Assembly: GCA_021163775.1 (NCBI GenBank)
Contig: JAGGTI010000127.1
Coordinates: forward strand, 691-64,690
Source of the DNA: Candidatus Zixiibacteriota bacterium
Lineage (GTDB): Bacteria; Zixibacteria; MSB-5A5; GN15; FEB-12
DNA length: 64,000 bases
Direction: 5' to 3'
Shown: piece after piece, positions 38,125 through 48,678 of the stretch
How the letters are laid out: every line of letters begins with the position of its first letter
Numbering within the stretch: position 1 is the first letter of the stretch
Notes under the pieces: model-generated
What the model was told of the DNA's origin: nothing
Seen by the model: only the letters and a program-made list of their open reading frames with translations
Databases searched by the model: none
Translations under genes and position numbers: made by a program

Positions 38125-38879
38125 TGGCAGAACGCAATATCAGACTGCTTATCCAGTACGAAGGTACTCTCTACAATGGCTGGCAGATCCAGCCCGAGGC
38201 CAATACAATCCAGGGTCAACTGGGTGAGGCTATTTTTAAGACTACTGGAATAAATGTCAACCTGCTTGGGGCCGGACGAACTGATGCTGGAGTTCACGCC
38301 TTAGGGCAGGTGGCCAATTTTCGAATAGACCACCGACTCGAGCCGGAACGGTACGCCGATGCGCTTAACTATTATCTGCCTGAGGATATTCGGGTGATGT
38401 TATCCGAAGAAGTGCCGTATGAATTCCACTCCCGTTTTGATGCCCGGGCACGCCGTTATCGGTACCTGATGTCATCCGAACCAAGTGCGGTGTACCGAAA
38501 CCTGCGCTATCACCATCGCTCGGCAATTGATCCGGAACGCCTGCGAGCGGCGGCAGAACTGGTGATTGGTGAGCATGATTTTTCGGCTTTCTGCGTGACA
38601 GCCTCTCGTAAAGAGAATAACACCTGCAAAGTGACCAATTCTCGCTGGCGTCTTGTCGGGCCGCTGTGGGTGTATGAGATCAGCGGGAACCGGTTTTTAC
38701 ACAGTATGGTACGGTCTTTGGTGGGGGCAATGCTCAATCTGGCGGCGATCAAACCAGACCAAAATCGCCTGAACTTGACTTTGGACACCTTTTCGGATAT
38801 CATTATTGTTCCAGGTGAGGGAAGAGTTCCATTTACAGCGCCTGCTTGTGGGCTGTACCTGGTGAAGGTGATATATTGA
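38121..38879 (+). CDS. truA: tRNA pseudouridine(38-40) synthase TruA
   Basis: The catalytic motif GAGRTDAGVHALGQVANF is present. Length (252 aa) and overall pattern fit TruA. Confidence 0.92.
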   Translation: MMAERNIRLLIQYEGTLYNGWQIQPEANTIQGQLGEAIFKTTGINVNLLGAGRTDAGVHALGQVANFRIDHRLEPERYADALNYYLPEDIRVMLSEEVPYEFHSRFDARARRYRYLMSSEPSAVYRNLRYHHRSAIDPERLRAAAELVIGEHDFSAFCVTASRKENNTCKVTNSRWRLVGPLWVYEISGNRFLHSMVRSLVGAMLNLAAIKPDQNRLNLTLDTFSDIIIVPGEGRVPFTAPACGLYLVKVIY

Positions 38880-38894
38880 GCGAAGGAGACGCCG

Positions 38895-39542
38895 ATGAAG
38901 TTCTTCATTGATACAGCTAATATCGATGAAATCAAAGAAGCTCAGGAAATGGGGATTTTGGACGGGGTGACAACTAACCCCTCGCTGGCGGCCAAAGAGA
39001 ATCGGCCATACAGGGAAATTCTGACTGAAATATGCAGGGTTGTGGACGGGCCAGTCTCGGCTGAAGTCATAGCCACCGATAGCGCGGGCATGATTGCCGA
39101 AGCTGATGAGCTGGTCAAGATCGGCGACAATATCGTTGTCAAGATACCGACGATACTTAGTGGCCTGACTGCGATCAAGACTCTCTCTGAACGAGGCATT
39201 AAGACTAACGCTACGCTTGTTTTTTCCCCGATGCAGGCGTTGTTGGTTGCTAAAGCTGGTGCGACTTTTGTGTCACCGTTTGTCGGACGGCTCGATGATT
39301 ATGCATACGATGGTATGGATCTTATCGCTGATATTGTAAATATCTATAATAACTATACTTTCTCGACCGAAGTTTTGGTTGCCTCGGTACGGAATCCTAT
39401 TCATGTGCTTGAGTCGGCTCGTTTGGGTGCGGACGTATGCACTATTCCGCTCAAGGTTATCAAACAGTTGATCCAACATCCGCAGACCGATATCGGTTTG
39501 GCGAAGTTTCTCGAAGATTATAAGAAAGTACCGAAATCCTGA
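38895..39542 (+). CDS. Fructose-6-phosphate aldolase / short transaldolase (Fsa/TalC family)
   Basis: The 215-aa product has the N-terminus [16 protein letters not shown]...GVTTNPSL and the Schiff-base Lys region IVVKIP. Confidence 0.88.
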   Translation: MKFFIDTANIDEIKEAQEMGILDGVTTNPSLAAKENRPYREILTEICRVVDGPVSAEVIATDSAGMIAEADELVKIGDNIVVKIPTILSGLTAIKTLSERGIKTNATLVFSPMQALLVAKAGATFVSPFVGRLDDYAYDGMDLIADIVNIYNNYTFSTEVLVASVRNPIHVLESARLGADVCTIPLKVIKQLIQHPQTDIGLAKFLEDYKKVPKS

Positions 39543-40837
39543 TGATAGAACGCTATACACTACCCGAAATGGGGGCACTTTGGACCGACCAGGCCAAGTT
39601 TCAGTCGTGGCTTGATGTCGAGGTCGAAGCCGCCAAAGCAATGGCCAAGCACAAGATTATCCCGGCTGTTGCCGCCAGGAAAATTGCGAGTAAAGCGAAA
39701 TTTTCGGTTGATCGAATCAACGCTATTGAAACCGAAGTTAATCACGATGTTATCGCTTTCCTTACATCGGTGAGTGAAAATGTCGGTGAACCGGCCAAGT
39801 ATCTGCATTTCGGAATGACATCGTCAGATGTTCTCGATACCGCTCTTTCCCTTCAGATTAAACGTTCGGCAGTTCTGCTTGATAAGAAGCTCAAGGCGGT
39901 ATTGCGGCAAATAAAACGTCTGGCCAACAAATACCAATACACACCTTGTATTGGACGTACGCACGGTGTCCTGGCCGAACCGACTGCATTGGGACTCAAG
40001 TTTGCCGTCTGGTATGCCGAACTTCAACGTCGTTACGAACATTTCACTCAGGCGGTTCAGACTGTCACGGTTGGTGCGATTTCCGGTGCGGTTGGCAACT
40101 ATGCCAATCTGGATCCGAAAGTTGAAGCGGAAGTTTGTCGCTGTCTCGGACTAAAAGTGGCGCCGGTGACGACACAAGTTATCCAGCGCGATCGCCACGC
40201 CGAATATTTAACATCGTTGGCGTTAGTTGGCTCATCGTTGGAGAAATTCGCTACCGAGATAAGAAACTTACAGCGCACCGAAATTGGTGAAATGGCTGAA
40301 GGTTTTGCCAAGGGTCAGAAAGGCTCCTCGGCGATGCCACACAAGAAGAATCCGATTACGGCCGAGAGAGTCACAGGTATTGCCCGGTTACTACGTGGTT
40401 ATGCTTTGTCGGGTATGGAAAATGTCGCCCTTTGGCATGAGCGGGACATTGCTCATTCGTCAGTCGAACGGGTAATTATTCCTGATGCGACTATTATCCT
40501 CGACTACGATTTGCACATATTTGAGGGTGTCCTCAAAGGTCTGGTGGTTGATGAAAAACGGATGCTGGAAAATGTCTACTATCGTGGCGGCCTGGTGTTC
40601 TCCCAGCGGGTAATGTTGAAACTGACCGGGCCGACCGGCTCACGAGAAAAAGCGTACGAATTGGTTCAGCGTAATGCTATGGCGGCTCAGGCTGGTAAGG
40701 GGCTTTTTCGTGACCTGCTCTTGAAAGATGTTGAGGTTATGGCTAACCTGAGTAAATCTGATATTGATAGTTGTTTCGATGTTGGTTACTATACCAAGCA
40801 GGTGGATAAAATCTTTAAGCGGGTATTTGGTCGATGA
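39542..40837 (+). CDS. purB: Adenylosuccinate lyase
   Basis: The 431-aa product has the fumarate-lyase signature [11 protein letters not shown]. Confidence 0.93.
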   Translation: MIERYTLPEMGALWTDQAKFQSWLDVEVEAAKAMAKHKIIPAVAARKIASKAKFSVDRINAIETEVNHDVIAFLTSVSENVGEPAKYLHFGMTSSDVLDTALSLQIKRSAVLLDKKLKAVLRQIKRLANKYQYTPCIGRTHGVLAEPTALGLKFAVWYAELQRRYEHFTQAVQTVTVGAISGAVGNYANLDPKVEAEVCRCLGLKVAPVTTQVIQRDRHAEYLTSLALVGSSLEKFATEIRNLQRTEIGEMAEGFAKGQKGSSAMPHKKNPITAERVTGIARLLRGYALSGMENVALWHERDIAHSSVERVIIPDATIILDYDLHIFEGVLKGLVVDEKRMLENVYYRGGLVFSQRVMLKLTGPTGSREKAYELVQRNAMAAQAGKGLFRDLLLKDVEVMANLSKSDIDSCFDVGYYTKQVDKIFKRVFGR

Positions 40838-41538
40838 TAGCACGTGATGGCTGGAGTCTCATTCTGATCGGTCTCGTACTTACCGTGGTTATCCTGTGGG
40901 CTTGCACGCGGTGGGACAGTCTGATTCTATTTATCGTTGGTTTGGCCTTTGCTTTTGTTACGGTCTTCAGCGTTTATTTCTTTCGGGATCCCGAAAGAAC
41001 TTTCACTCCCCAGCCTGATTTGCTGGTATCACCGGCGGATGGCACAATTGTTGAGATCGACACGCTTGACACACATCCGTTTGTGGGTGATTCGACCGTT
41101 TGTGTGTCGATATTCCTGTCCATATTTAACGTTCACGTCAACCGGATACCGATCGATGGTACAATCGACTACGTAAAATACATTCCCGGTGAGTTTTTCC
41201 CCGCTTTCGAGAAAAAAGCTTCGGAGAAGAACGAACATACTGAGATCGGTATAACCTCGGTATCTGGTCAGAAGATTGTCTTTAAGCAGATTGCTGGTAT
41301 AATCGCCCGCAGGATTGTTTACCATCTTAGCTCTGGCGACACCGTGAACGCTGGTGCACGATTCGGGATGATTCGGTATGGTTCTCGGGTTGATCTGCTC
41401 CTGCCTCCAAGCGCACGATTGGATGTGAAAGTTGGTGACTGTGTGCGTGGGGGAGAGTCTATCATAGGGGCTCTCGCCCAGGAGAAATCTTCCGCCGAAT
41501 CGGCTGAATCCCAAGAGGAGCCTGATGTCAAATTATAG
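40834..41538 (+). CDS. psd: Phosphatidylserine decarboxylase (short form)
   Basis: The 234-aa product has N-terminal TM helices and a self-cleavage-type motif, YGSRVDLLLP. It is adjacent to pssA. Confidence 0.85.
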   Translation: MIARDGWSLILIGLVLTVVILWACTRWDSLILFIVGLAFAFVTVFSVYFFRDPERTFTPQPDLLVSPADGTIVEIDTLDTHPFVGDSTVCVSIFLSIFNVHVNRIPIDGTIDYVKYIPGEFFPAFEKKASEKNEHTEIGITSVSGQKIVFKQIAGIIARRIVYHLSSGDTVNAGARFGMIRYGSRVDLLLPPSARLDVKVGDCVRGGESIIGALAQEKSSAESAESQEEPDVKL

Positions 41539-42289
41539 ATGTTTCTTCCCCGGGGTTTTTACCATGGGGAATATAATCTGTGGTTTCGTGTCGATCCTGT
41601 CAGTTTTTGAGGGCAATTTCACTACTGCCTGCTGGTTAATTATTTTAGCCGGTTTCCTTGATGCGCTTGATGGACGAGTGGCACGCCTGAGTGGGGCCAC
41701 ATCGCAGTTTGGTGTGGAGCTTGATTCTCTGGCTGATTTCCTGTCGTTTGGGGTGGCTCCAGCAGTGCTGGTTTACACTATTAAACTGAGCTCAATGGGT
41801 AAATGGGGTTGGGTGATTTCGGTAATTTTCATAACTGCGGCTTCTTATAGGTTGGCTCGATACAATCTGTTGGCAGATACGGATGAGAAGAAAGATTTCC
41901 TTGGTATGCCGGTGCCCTTGGCGGCGTTCGGCCTTATATCCTATGTGATATTCAGCTACCGTATTTGGGGTGAACTGCAGTACGGCGAAGTACTTGTATC
42001 TATGATTATCGGTTTTGCTTTTCTTATGGTCTCGCAGATACAGTATGACGCACTTCCGGAACGCTTTTCATCAAAATGTGACCGTGTCAAATTGGCCGCA
42101 ATTATTATTGCTGTGGTGGCTGTGTTTATCGATAGCAGACTTATGTTGTTTCCGATTGTTGCCTCTTATATATTATTTGGGTTGATACGAGAGGCGTACC
42201 GCCTTTTCTTCCTCGGTGTAGGAAAAGTAAGTGCGCATTCCCATCAACGAAGATCGACCGATAGAAGGGAACCTGATGGCAGAGAATGA
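41525..42289 (+). CDS. pssA: CDP-diacylglycerol--serine O-phosphatidyltransferase
   Basis: The CDP-alcohol phosphatidyltransferase motif DALDGRVARLSGATSQFGVELDSLAD is present. Confidence 0.88.
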   Translation: MSNYRCFFPGVFTMGNIICGFVSILSVFEGNFTTACWLIILAGFLDALDGRVARLSGATSQFGVELDSLADFLSFGVAPAVLVYTIKLSSMGKWGWVISVIFITAASYRLARYNLLADTDEKKDFLGMPVPLAAFGLISYVIFSYRIWGELQYGEVLVSMIIGFAFLMVSQIQYDALPERFSSKCDRVKLAAIIIAVVAVFIDSRLMLFPIVASYILFGLIREAYRLFFLGVGKVSAHSHQRRSTDRREPDGRE

Positions 42290-42527
42290 AAAAGCGGTAG
42301 TGCATGTCCGACTCAAGGACGGGGTTCTTGACCCGCAGGGCGTAACAATCCAGAAAGCGCTGGCCCAGATGGGTTTTGATGACTTCGTGTCGGTGCGCTC
42401 GGGTCGGTTCTTTGAGCTCGAGATCTCAGTCGGAGCGGATAATCTTGATCACCAGATCGATGAAATTTGTTCAAAACTTCTGGCCAACCCGGTGATTGAA
42501 AATTACGAGATTGAGCGCAAATCATGA
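42276..42527 (+). CDS. purS: Phosphoribosylformylglycinamidine synthase subunit PurS
   Basis: I prefer the internal ATG at 42276, giving [29 protein letters not shown]..., a typical PurS of about 83 aa. The gene is followed by purQ with a 4-nt overlap. Confidence 0.85.
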   Translation: MAENEKAVVHVRLKDGVLDPQGVTIQKALAQMGFDDFVSVRSGRFFELEISVGADNLDHQIDEICSKLLANPVIENYEIERKS

Positions 42528-43237
42528 AATTTGGTGTCGTTACATTTCCCGGTTCTAATTGCGACTACGATGCCTACGCGGCGGCCAGGCATATCCTTGG
42601 CGAGGAAGTTGAATTCCTGTGGCACAAATCATCAGATCTATGTCAGTCCGATGTGGTTATTCTTCCGGGCGGCTTCTCGTATGGTGACTATCTTCGAGCT
42701 GGAGCAATAGCCCGTTTTTCGCCAATTGTGCAGGAAGTGGTCAAATTCGCTGAATCTGGTGGGTTTGTGATTGGTATCTGTAACGGTTTTCAGGTGCTTA
42801 CTGAAGCTGGTTTGTTACCGGGAGCCTTGATTCGCAACTCGCATCTGAAATTCAGTTGCAAGTATGTCTACCTTCGAGTGGAAGACGCCGAGTGCGCCTT
42901 TACCCGCGATTGTGATCACCACGAGGTGCTCAAAATTCCGATCGCTCACGGTGAGGGGAATTACTATCATTTTAAGGAAGACATCCAAAAACTTGAGGAC
43001 TCAGGACAGATTGTTTTCCGTTATGTTGATGGCGATGGCCAACTTACGGAAAATTCCAACCCTAACGGCTCACTGAATAACATTGCCGGGATTCGTAATC
43101 GCGAAGGTAATGTATTGGGGATGATGCCCCACCCGGAACGGGCGGTGGAGGATATTCTCGGCTCGGCTGATGGACTAAAAGTATTCGAATCGCTCCGGTC
43201 GGCCTATCAGGTGGCAAGAGTAGCGGGAGTCGGATGA
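42524..43237 (+). CDS. purQ: Phosphoribosylformylglycinamidine synthase subunit PurQ (glutaminase)
   Basis: The class I amidotransferase motifs GICNGFQ and MMPHPER are present. Confidence 0.92.
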   Translation: MKFGVVTFPGSNCDYDAYAAARHILGEEVEFLWHKSSDLCQSDVVILPGGFSYGDYLRAGAIARFSPIVQEVVKFAESGGFVIGICNGFQVLTEAGLLPGALIRNSHLKFSCKYVYLRVEDAECAFTRDCDHHEVLKIPIAHGEGNYYHFKEDIQKLEDSGQIVFRYVDGDGQLTENSNPNGSLNNIAGIRNREGNVLGMMPHPERAVEDILGSADGLKVFESLRSAYQVARVAGVG

Positions 43238-43500
43238 AAAAACGTGAATTAACATTTCTGATAACTGCCCTGATCCTTGGGGCTGTTTTAGGTGGTCTGG
43301 TCGGTGACATAGTCGGCACTTTTTTGCCCACCGGAGCCGCCAAGACCGTGTTTAGCAAGTCTATTCAGATCGGTATGGAACCAACCCAGGTTGATTTCTA
43401 CGCGATATCTTTTACGTTCGGATTGAAATTCAAAATAAACTTCATGTCGGTTTTAATCGTATTATTAGTGATTGTATATTTTAGATGGTGGTACCTGTAG
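43234..43500 (+). CDS. Small membrane protein, DUF4321-like
   Basis: The 88-aa product has two hydrophobic segments. Its pattern, [16 protein letters not shown]...[25 protein letters not shown], resembles DUF4321. Confidence 0.5.
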   Translation: MKKRELTFLITALILGAVLGGLVGDIVGTFLPTGAAKTVFSKSIQIGMEPTQVDFYAISFTFGLKFKINFMSVLIVLLVIVYFRWWYL

Positions 43501-43530
43501 AGGCTGGTTTAGCCTCGGAGGATAGTTTAT

Positions 43531-43755
43531 ATGTTTGGTTTAGGACCATGGGAACTCCTGCTGATCTTTTTGGCCATCCTGTTGCTGTTTGGCGCAAAGC
43601 GGTTGCCGGAAATAGCTCAGGGGATGGGCAAAGGCATCAAGGAATTCAAGAAGGCAATGAAGGACACCACCGATGAGTTAAAGAAAACGGTAGATACCGA
43701 TCAACCGTCTTCAGGTGACTCTGATTCATCCGCCAAGTCGGACGAATCCAAGTAG
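43531..43755 (+). CDS. tatA: Twin-arginine translocase subunit TatA/E
   Basis: The product begins [43 protein letters not shown] and has an acidic tail. A GGAGGA RBS lies upstream. Confidence 0.88.
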   Translation: MFGLGPWELLLIFLAILLLFGAKRLPEIAQGMGKGIKEFKKAMKDTTDELKKTVDTDQPSSGDSDSSAKSDESK

Positions 43756-43761
43756 CAGAGG

Positions 43762-44229
43762 TTGGGTGTGGCAATGGGTACAAAATTTACCCCTAAGGAC
43801 GCAGAGAAAATCAGTCAGCTGTTGGTGGCGGAGAAGACTACTTTTGAGAAAGACCACCACCGTCTCAAAATCACCAACATTGAGGAAAAGCGGATTCTTG
43901 TGCTTGAGATCTATCCCGAGATAGATTTGGGCAAGACCCGTGGAATGCTGGTGGTTGTCTATACCGGTAATTCGCACCTGCAGTTGCACAACTGCACAGG
44001 TTACGTGGTTTCCGAAGAACTCGGCGAAGTCACTTTTGTGGCGGAGTCGGATAAGCGGTTGTCCGGTCTGGTTGTCGAACGGGGTGCTTCGTGCTCTATG
44101 TACGCCAGCATTAATCGTGATTTGATTTCATCGGATTTTACTAAGCTTGGAGTCGAAGTGATGTTGTCCGGTGTAGCGATGTCGCTCGCTGAGGATATCC
44201 TTCAGAGCGGGGATGAGGATCAGGGATAG
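43762..44229 (+). CDS. Hypothetical protein (155 aa)
   Basis: The ORF directly follows tatA. No motif was recognised. The start is uncertain; an ATG at 43774 is an alternative. Confidence 0.4.
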   Translation: MGVAMGTKFTPKDAEKISQLLVAEKTTFEKDHHRLKITNIEEKRILVLEIYPEIDLGKTRGMLVVVYTGNSHLQLHNCTGYVVSEELGEVTFVAESDKRLSGLVVERGASCSMYASINRDLISSDFTKLGVEVMLSGVAMSLAEDILQSGDEDQG

Positions 44230-44231
44230 CT

Positions 44232-44450
44232 TTGTAGGCAGGTCTTCATGTGCTGTCAGGCGACTCTGCCTGACAGTTCTTGTGTATTTGGTCCAATGAT
44301 TAGGTGTCGGGCAGGGTCACCCGACACCACGTAAATGTCGAAACCGCTAAGGGATTCCAACCTACTACCTGTCTCTGTGTCCGGCAGAGGTCCACATCTG
44401 CTGGTTTGTCGGGTGTTTTACTAAAATGGTCCACGTTCGAACCCGACCTA
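44232..44450. repeat. Intergenic palindrome-rich repeat element, locus B (inverted relative to locus C)
   Basis: The locus has the hairpins ctgtcaggc-gactct-gcctgacag (44253-44276) and gtgtcggg-cagggtca-cccgacac (44304-44327). The reverse complement of 44249-44370 aligns with 49692-49809. Confidence 0.65.
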
Positions 44451-44461
44451 TGATATTCAAT

Positions 44462-44510
44462 AAAACGAAACAAAACAAAAAGGCCGCCGCGTATATAACG
44501 CGACGGCCCT
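44462..44510 (-). terminator. Rho-independent terminator of the kinase operon
   Basis: On the minus strand the hairpin is ggccgtcgcg-ttatata-cgcggcggcc, followed by tttttgttttgtttcgtttta. Confidence 0.75.
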
Positions 44511-44532
44511 TCAATTTGTCGTGGTTACCGGT

Positions 44533-46998
44533 TTATCCTTTGGCAAACGACTCGACAAAATCCTGCAAGTCGGCGGTGACTTCCGAAGCCTTCTGATACC
44601 GCTCGGCGGGATCCTTCTTGAGTGCCTTGCCAATGATGTGGTCAAAGAGCAACGGCACTTGAGGCCGCACACTGGACGGCTTCTCCGGGTCGCTGTTAAG
44701 CACGGCGTACATCAGCGAGGTTATGTTTTCGCCTTTGAACGGGCGTTTGCCGAGGAGCATCTCGTACATCATGACACCGAGGGAGAAGATATCGGCTCGT
44801 CGGTCAATCTCGGCCCCTTTTAATTGTTCGGGCGAGATGTAGTTGGGAGTACCCATAGCGATACCGGTTTTGGTCATCGAATTTGAATCGACGCGGGCAA
44901 TCCCAAAATCCATAACCTTGATACGATAATCGCCCAGGACCATTATGTTGGCCGGTTTGATATCGCGGTGGACAATACCCCGCTCATGCGCGTATTCCAG
45001 CGCCGCACAAACCTGGCTGATCATCTGCGCGATGATCCGATAGTTGAACCGGGTCTTCTTTTTAATCATATCTTCAAGCGTCTGGCCCTCCAGGAATTCC
45101 ATGGCGATATACTGCAGGCTACCCTCAGAACCAACATCGTAGATCGTCACAATATTCGGGTGCGATAGCTTGCCAGCGGCCTGGGCCTCGCGATGCAGAC
45201 GCTCTTTCAGTTCGGCCATTTCTTCAGGGTCAGTGACAAAATCGAGACGAATGGTCTTGAGTGCTACCGGCCGGTTGATGGCGGGATCAATACCGCGATA
45301 GACCGTACCCATAGCGCCTTTGCCCAGGATACCGCTGACCTGATAGCGTCCCAGGTTTTTCAGCTCGGACAGGTCAATCGGATTTCCGACGCTGTCGGTC
45401 AGGTGTGAGTGGGTGTCAGACGGTGAATCATCAGGCGGAGACGATTGCATCGCAGAGGCATCGCTTTCGGATAATACCGAGGTCTTGTCTGCTTCGGTTA
45501 TATCGGGTGCTTCCGATTTGATTTCGGATTTCGGTTTGGTTGCTTCTTCGTCCAGGCTTATTGTCTGGTGGTCGATCTCAGCGGAAGGAGCTATATTGCC
45601 ACTATCAGTATTCAACGCTGTGGTCTCGACATTTTCCGGATCAGCGGCTGACGATCTTATTTCTCGAACCGGAGTATCTTTCAGATCCTTCTCTGTTATG
45701 ATTTCCGGTGCCTTGATGCCTGGTTTTTTGTTTTCCTCGTCCGTATTGCGTAACAATTTGGAGTCAAGCATCGGTGATGCCATCATAAAGAATACCAGCT
45801 CAAGAGCTACGTATACTGATGGTATCAGCAGACCGTATGAGGAAAACATCATATACACAACGTTGGCCAGCACTACCAGCCCGCCTCCGAGAATGACCAT
45901 GCGATACATTATGTTTACGCGCGGCAGGACAAATGCGCATGCACCGCCAAACAGCAACAGTATAATCAGACTGTACTTGGCCAGATCGCTTCGAGCTGTA
46001 ATGATATTATCATTAATAATGTTTTCTATTACCGTTGCCTTTACGACTAATTCCGAGATATCTTCCTGGGCCGGTGTGTGGTAAAACTCGGTATCTTCAC
46101 CATTTAGTTGTCCTATCACTACTGCCTTATTTAGCAGAACTGAACGGTCAAAGTCTTTGGAGAGTATTTGGGCGGCGCTGAACCTGGTAAACGGTATGCC
46201 TTCAGAAAATCTAACGAGAAGATCGCCGCGTTGATCTAACGGTACGATTCTGGTCGTTCCAATTTGAACGCCGTGACCTTCGATAACCTTGATTTGGTCG
46301 GGTGGTACTCCAAGGAAAGTGGCAGCGGTCAGCAAACTGGTGGCCGGGTAGTAATAGCCGTCATAGTTCATTACGAGTTGTTGATGTCTTAGCTGACGAT
46401 CTGCATCCGGTCGGTTATAATCAAACCCAAGCAGTGGCTTGTGGATCAGCAGTTGGTTGGCTGGTAGAAATACTTTGCGTACCAACAGGCTTGAGTTTTC
46501 GTCCATTACGCCCAGAGGGTTATCGACTACGATCGAGTTGATAAAAAGAAATTCAGGATTGCGGGTTTTGCCGGTACGGTAGGTTGTTTCGGCCACATCG
46601 TATGATAGCACCGCTTGTTTGATCCATGTCAACTGGTCGGCCAGCACTTTGGTATGACCGGCGGCCTCCTGAGAGGCGTTTTCGTACAGATCGATATCAA
46701 GCAGGATCGCCTTTGGGTTGCCGGAAGCTACCGCCGCCGTCAGATCGCCAATAAGGTCGTGATCCCAGGGCCACTGACCGTATTCATCCAGCGATGATCC
46801 ATCAATATCGACTATCACCACATTGGGACGGATACCTTCCGGGGCGGTGGAACTGCAAAGAGAGTCATCTATTGATTGTTGTAGATTGCTGAGAGGGCCG
46901 AAATCATTGACCGCCAGCACGACTACAAATAGAGCCAGCACTAAATACAAAATATAAGGAGAGTATTTATTCATAGTTACGCCACTCTTATCTTCCAA
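44533..46998 (-). CDS. Ser/Thr protein kinase with N-terminal extracytoplasmic CHASE2 sensor domain
   Basis: The product is 821 aa. The CHASE2 region reads VVIVDIDGSSLDEYGQWPWDHDLIGDL...AILLDIDL, followed by 3 TM helices and an acidic/Ser-rich linker of about 130 aa. The Hanks kinase domain has GKGAMGTVY, VALKTI, HRDIKPANIMV, DFGIA and SPEQ. Confidence 0.85.
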   Translation of the reverse strand: MEDKSGVTMNKYSPYILYLVLALFVVVLAVNDFGPLSNLQQSIDDSLCSSTAPEGIRPNVVIVDIDGSSLDEYGQWPWDHDLIGDLTAAVASGNPKAILLDIDLYENASQEAAGHTKVLADQLTWIKQAVLSYDVAETTYRTGKTRNPEFLFINSIVVDNPLGVMDENSSLLVRKVFLPANQLLIHKPLLGFDYNRPDADRQLRHQQLVMNYDGYYYPATSLLTAATFLGVPPDQIKVIEGHGVQIGTTRIVPLDQRGDLLVRFSEGIPFTRFSAAQILSKDFDRSVLLNKAVVIGQLNGEDTEFYHTPAQEDISELVVKATVIENIINDNIITARSDLAKYSLIILLLFGGACAFVLPRVNIMYRMVILGGGLVVLANVVYMMFSSYGLLIPSVYVALELVFFMMASPMLDSKLLRNTDEENKKPGIKAPEIITEKDLKDTPVREIRSSAADPENVETTALNTDSGNIAPSAEIDHQTISLDEEATKPKSEIKSEAPDITEADKTSVLSESDASAMQSSPPDDSPSDTHSHLTDSVGNPIDLSELKNLGRYQVSGILGKGAMGTVYRGIDPAINRPVALKTIRLDFVTDPEEMAELKERLHREAQAAGKLSHPNIVTIYDVGSEGSLQYIAMEFLEGQTLEDMIKKKTRFNYRIIAQMISQVCAALEYAHERGIVHRDIKPANIMVLGDYRIKVMDFGIARVDSNSMTKTGIAMGTPNYISPEQLKGAEIDRRADIFSLGVMMYEMLLGKRPFKGENITSLMYAVLNSDPEKPSSVRPQVPLLFDHIIGKALKKDPAERYQKASEVTADLQDFVESFAKG

Positions 46999-47716
46999 CT
47001 TCCAGTCGATCTATGAGCATTGATGGCATATCGGCCTTGCACATTTTGGCCTGTGTGATCTTGAAATCATACTCTACTCGGTGATAGCTGATTGACATTT
47101 CACCAACGTCATAGACCACAAATGAGGCCCGGGGGTCATTGTCTCGGGGTTGTCCCACCGAGCCAACATTAATCAAATATGAACTCTCTTCATCAGGATC
47201 GAAATCATGCCCCACAATGGTCCGCACATTACCGTTGGGAGCTTGACAGAATATCAATGGCAGGTGAGTATGGCCGTGAAAGGCCAGTTTCTGATCGAGG
47301 TGGGCAAAACCTTTGATAGCCTCCTGCTGTGATAACACATAATGCCACTCATCCGGTTCCTCCGGTGAGGCGTGGACCATCAGGCTACCGGCGTCTTCGG
47401 TTTTCATCTCGAAGTCGGCAATCATAGCCAACTCCCGGTCTTTTAGTTGCGCGATAGTCCACTGAATCGACTGTTGGGCCGCCAGGTTCATCGCTTCCAG
47501 GGGGAGTAGGCCGATAGCGGCGTATTCGTGGTTGCCCATCAGTTTTGCAGAACAATGCTGATTAACCAGATCCAGACAGGCGACCGGGTTACAACCATAC
47601 CCTATAACATCGCCCAGACAGTTGACCCTGTCCACTTTTTGATTTTCGATCTCTTTAAGGACCGCCTGTAGAGCTTCCAGATTGCCGTGAATATCCGAGA
47701 TGATAGCAATTCTCAT
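46988..47716 (-). CDS. Metallophosphoesterase (calcineurin-like; putative protein phosphatase)
   Basis: Motifs present are IISDIHGN, CLGDVIGYG, GNHE and GHTH. The gene overlaps both neighbours and so looks translationally coupled to them. Confidence 0.8.
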   Translation of the reverse strand: MRIAIISDIHGNLEALQAVLKEIENQKVDRVNCLGDVIGYGCNPVACLDLVNQHCSAKLMGNHEYAAIGLLPLEAMNLAAQQSIQWTIAQLKDRELAMIADFEMKTEDAGSLMVHASPEEPDEWHYVLSQQEAIKGFAHLDQKLAFHGHTHLPLIFCQAPNGNVRTIVGHDFDPDEESSYLINVGSVGQPRDNDPRASFVVYDVGEMSISYHRVEYDFKITQAKMCKADMPSMLIDRLEVGR

Positions 47717-48417
47717 TATTTTTCGCCCTCGACAAATTTATAGGTCGATTTACCAACCTGAATTAGATCACCGTTTTTGAGTATGGCGCGATCAATTGAT
47801 TCGCCGTTGACTTTGGTTTTGCCGGATTTGCCCAGATTGGCCAGATAGAAACCATTGTTTTCCCTGACGATCTTGGCCTGAATTCCCGACATAAAGAACC
47901 CCTTGGCCCGTACGTGTACAAATTTGGCTTTACCAATTGTAGTTACTTCACGATCCAGGCGATATTCTGCGAAATCAGCATTCTCTTCGCCGGTCAATAC
48001 CGAGCCGCCGAACTTGGCTACAATTTGGCGCTCGACCCGATCGTTCTCCAATAAGTTCTTTTGCTTCTTGGTATTGAGAACCATAGTGCCATCCATGTCG
48101 GCGGCACCATCATCACTGGCCGATGTTTCAGTGTGGTAGATCATGGTGTACTTGCCGATTGTGATAGTGTCTTCGTTGCGTAGAACTTCTTCAGAGATCT
48201 TACGCTGGTTCACAAACGTACCGTTAAGCGACTCATTGTCCATAATGATGGCGGCGTTATTGTTGAACTCAATCATGGCATGTTTTCGCGAAACGCCACG
48301 ATTTTCCAGGACAATATCGTTCTCGTTGGTGCGTCCGATACTTATCCGTTTTTTCTCGGTGACAACGCGCTCAATTATCTTGTCCTCGAATTTGACAATG
48401 ATCTCGGCCATACCCAA
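47716..48417 (-). CDS. Protein with two FHA domains
   Basis: FHA 1 reads ISIGRTNENDIVLENRGVSRKHAMIEF...SLNGTFVN. FHA 2 reads TTIGKAKF...QAKIVRENNGFYLANLGKSGKTKVNGESI. Confidence 0.85.
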   Translation of the reverse strand: MGMAEIIVKFEDKIIERVVTEKKRISIGRTNENDIVLENRGVSRKHAMIEFNNNAAIIMDNESLNGTFVNQRKISEEVLRNEDTITIGKYTMIYHTETSASDDGAADMDGTMVLNTKKQKNLLENDRVERQIVAKFGGSVLTGEENADFAEYRLDREVTTIGKAKFVHVRAKGFFMSGIQAKIVRENNGFYLANLGKSGKTKVNGESIDRAILKNGDLIQVGKSTYKFVEGEK

Positions 48418-48678
48418 ACCCTTTCGGTTTTTTGATACTTTTGTATCTATATCACTGCCGACAATATCCTTACGACACCAGATCGATCCGGTTCTGTTTA
48501 GGGTTAGTCAGCAACATCAATTCACCTATATAATGTCGGCATTACATGGCAATTCCTGAGTAAGAGTCGCTGGCTCGGGTAATTCGATTACGAATCGGTA
48601 GTTATAGAGACACTTTCTGGTTGCCGGAGGTGAGAACGGTATGTATATTAGTGGCCAACTTGTTGTGGATCAAGAGGT

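Noticed and set aside
45413-46084. A 223-aa plus-strand ORF antisense to the CHASE2 kinase linker/TM region
   Set aside because: Its Ser-rich low-complexity translation mirrors the acidic/Ser-rich linker of the kinase. This is a shadow ORF.
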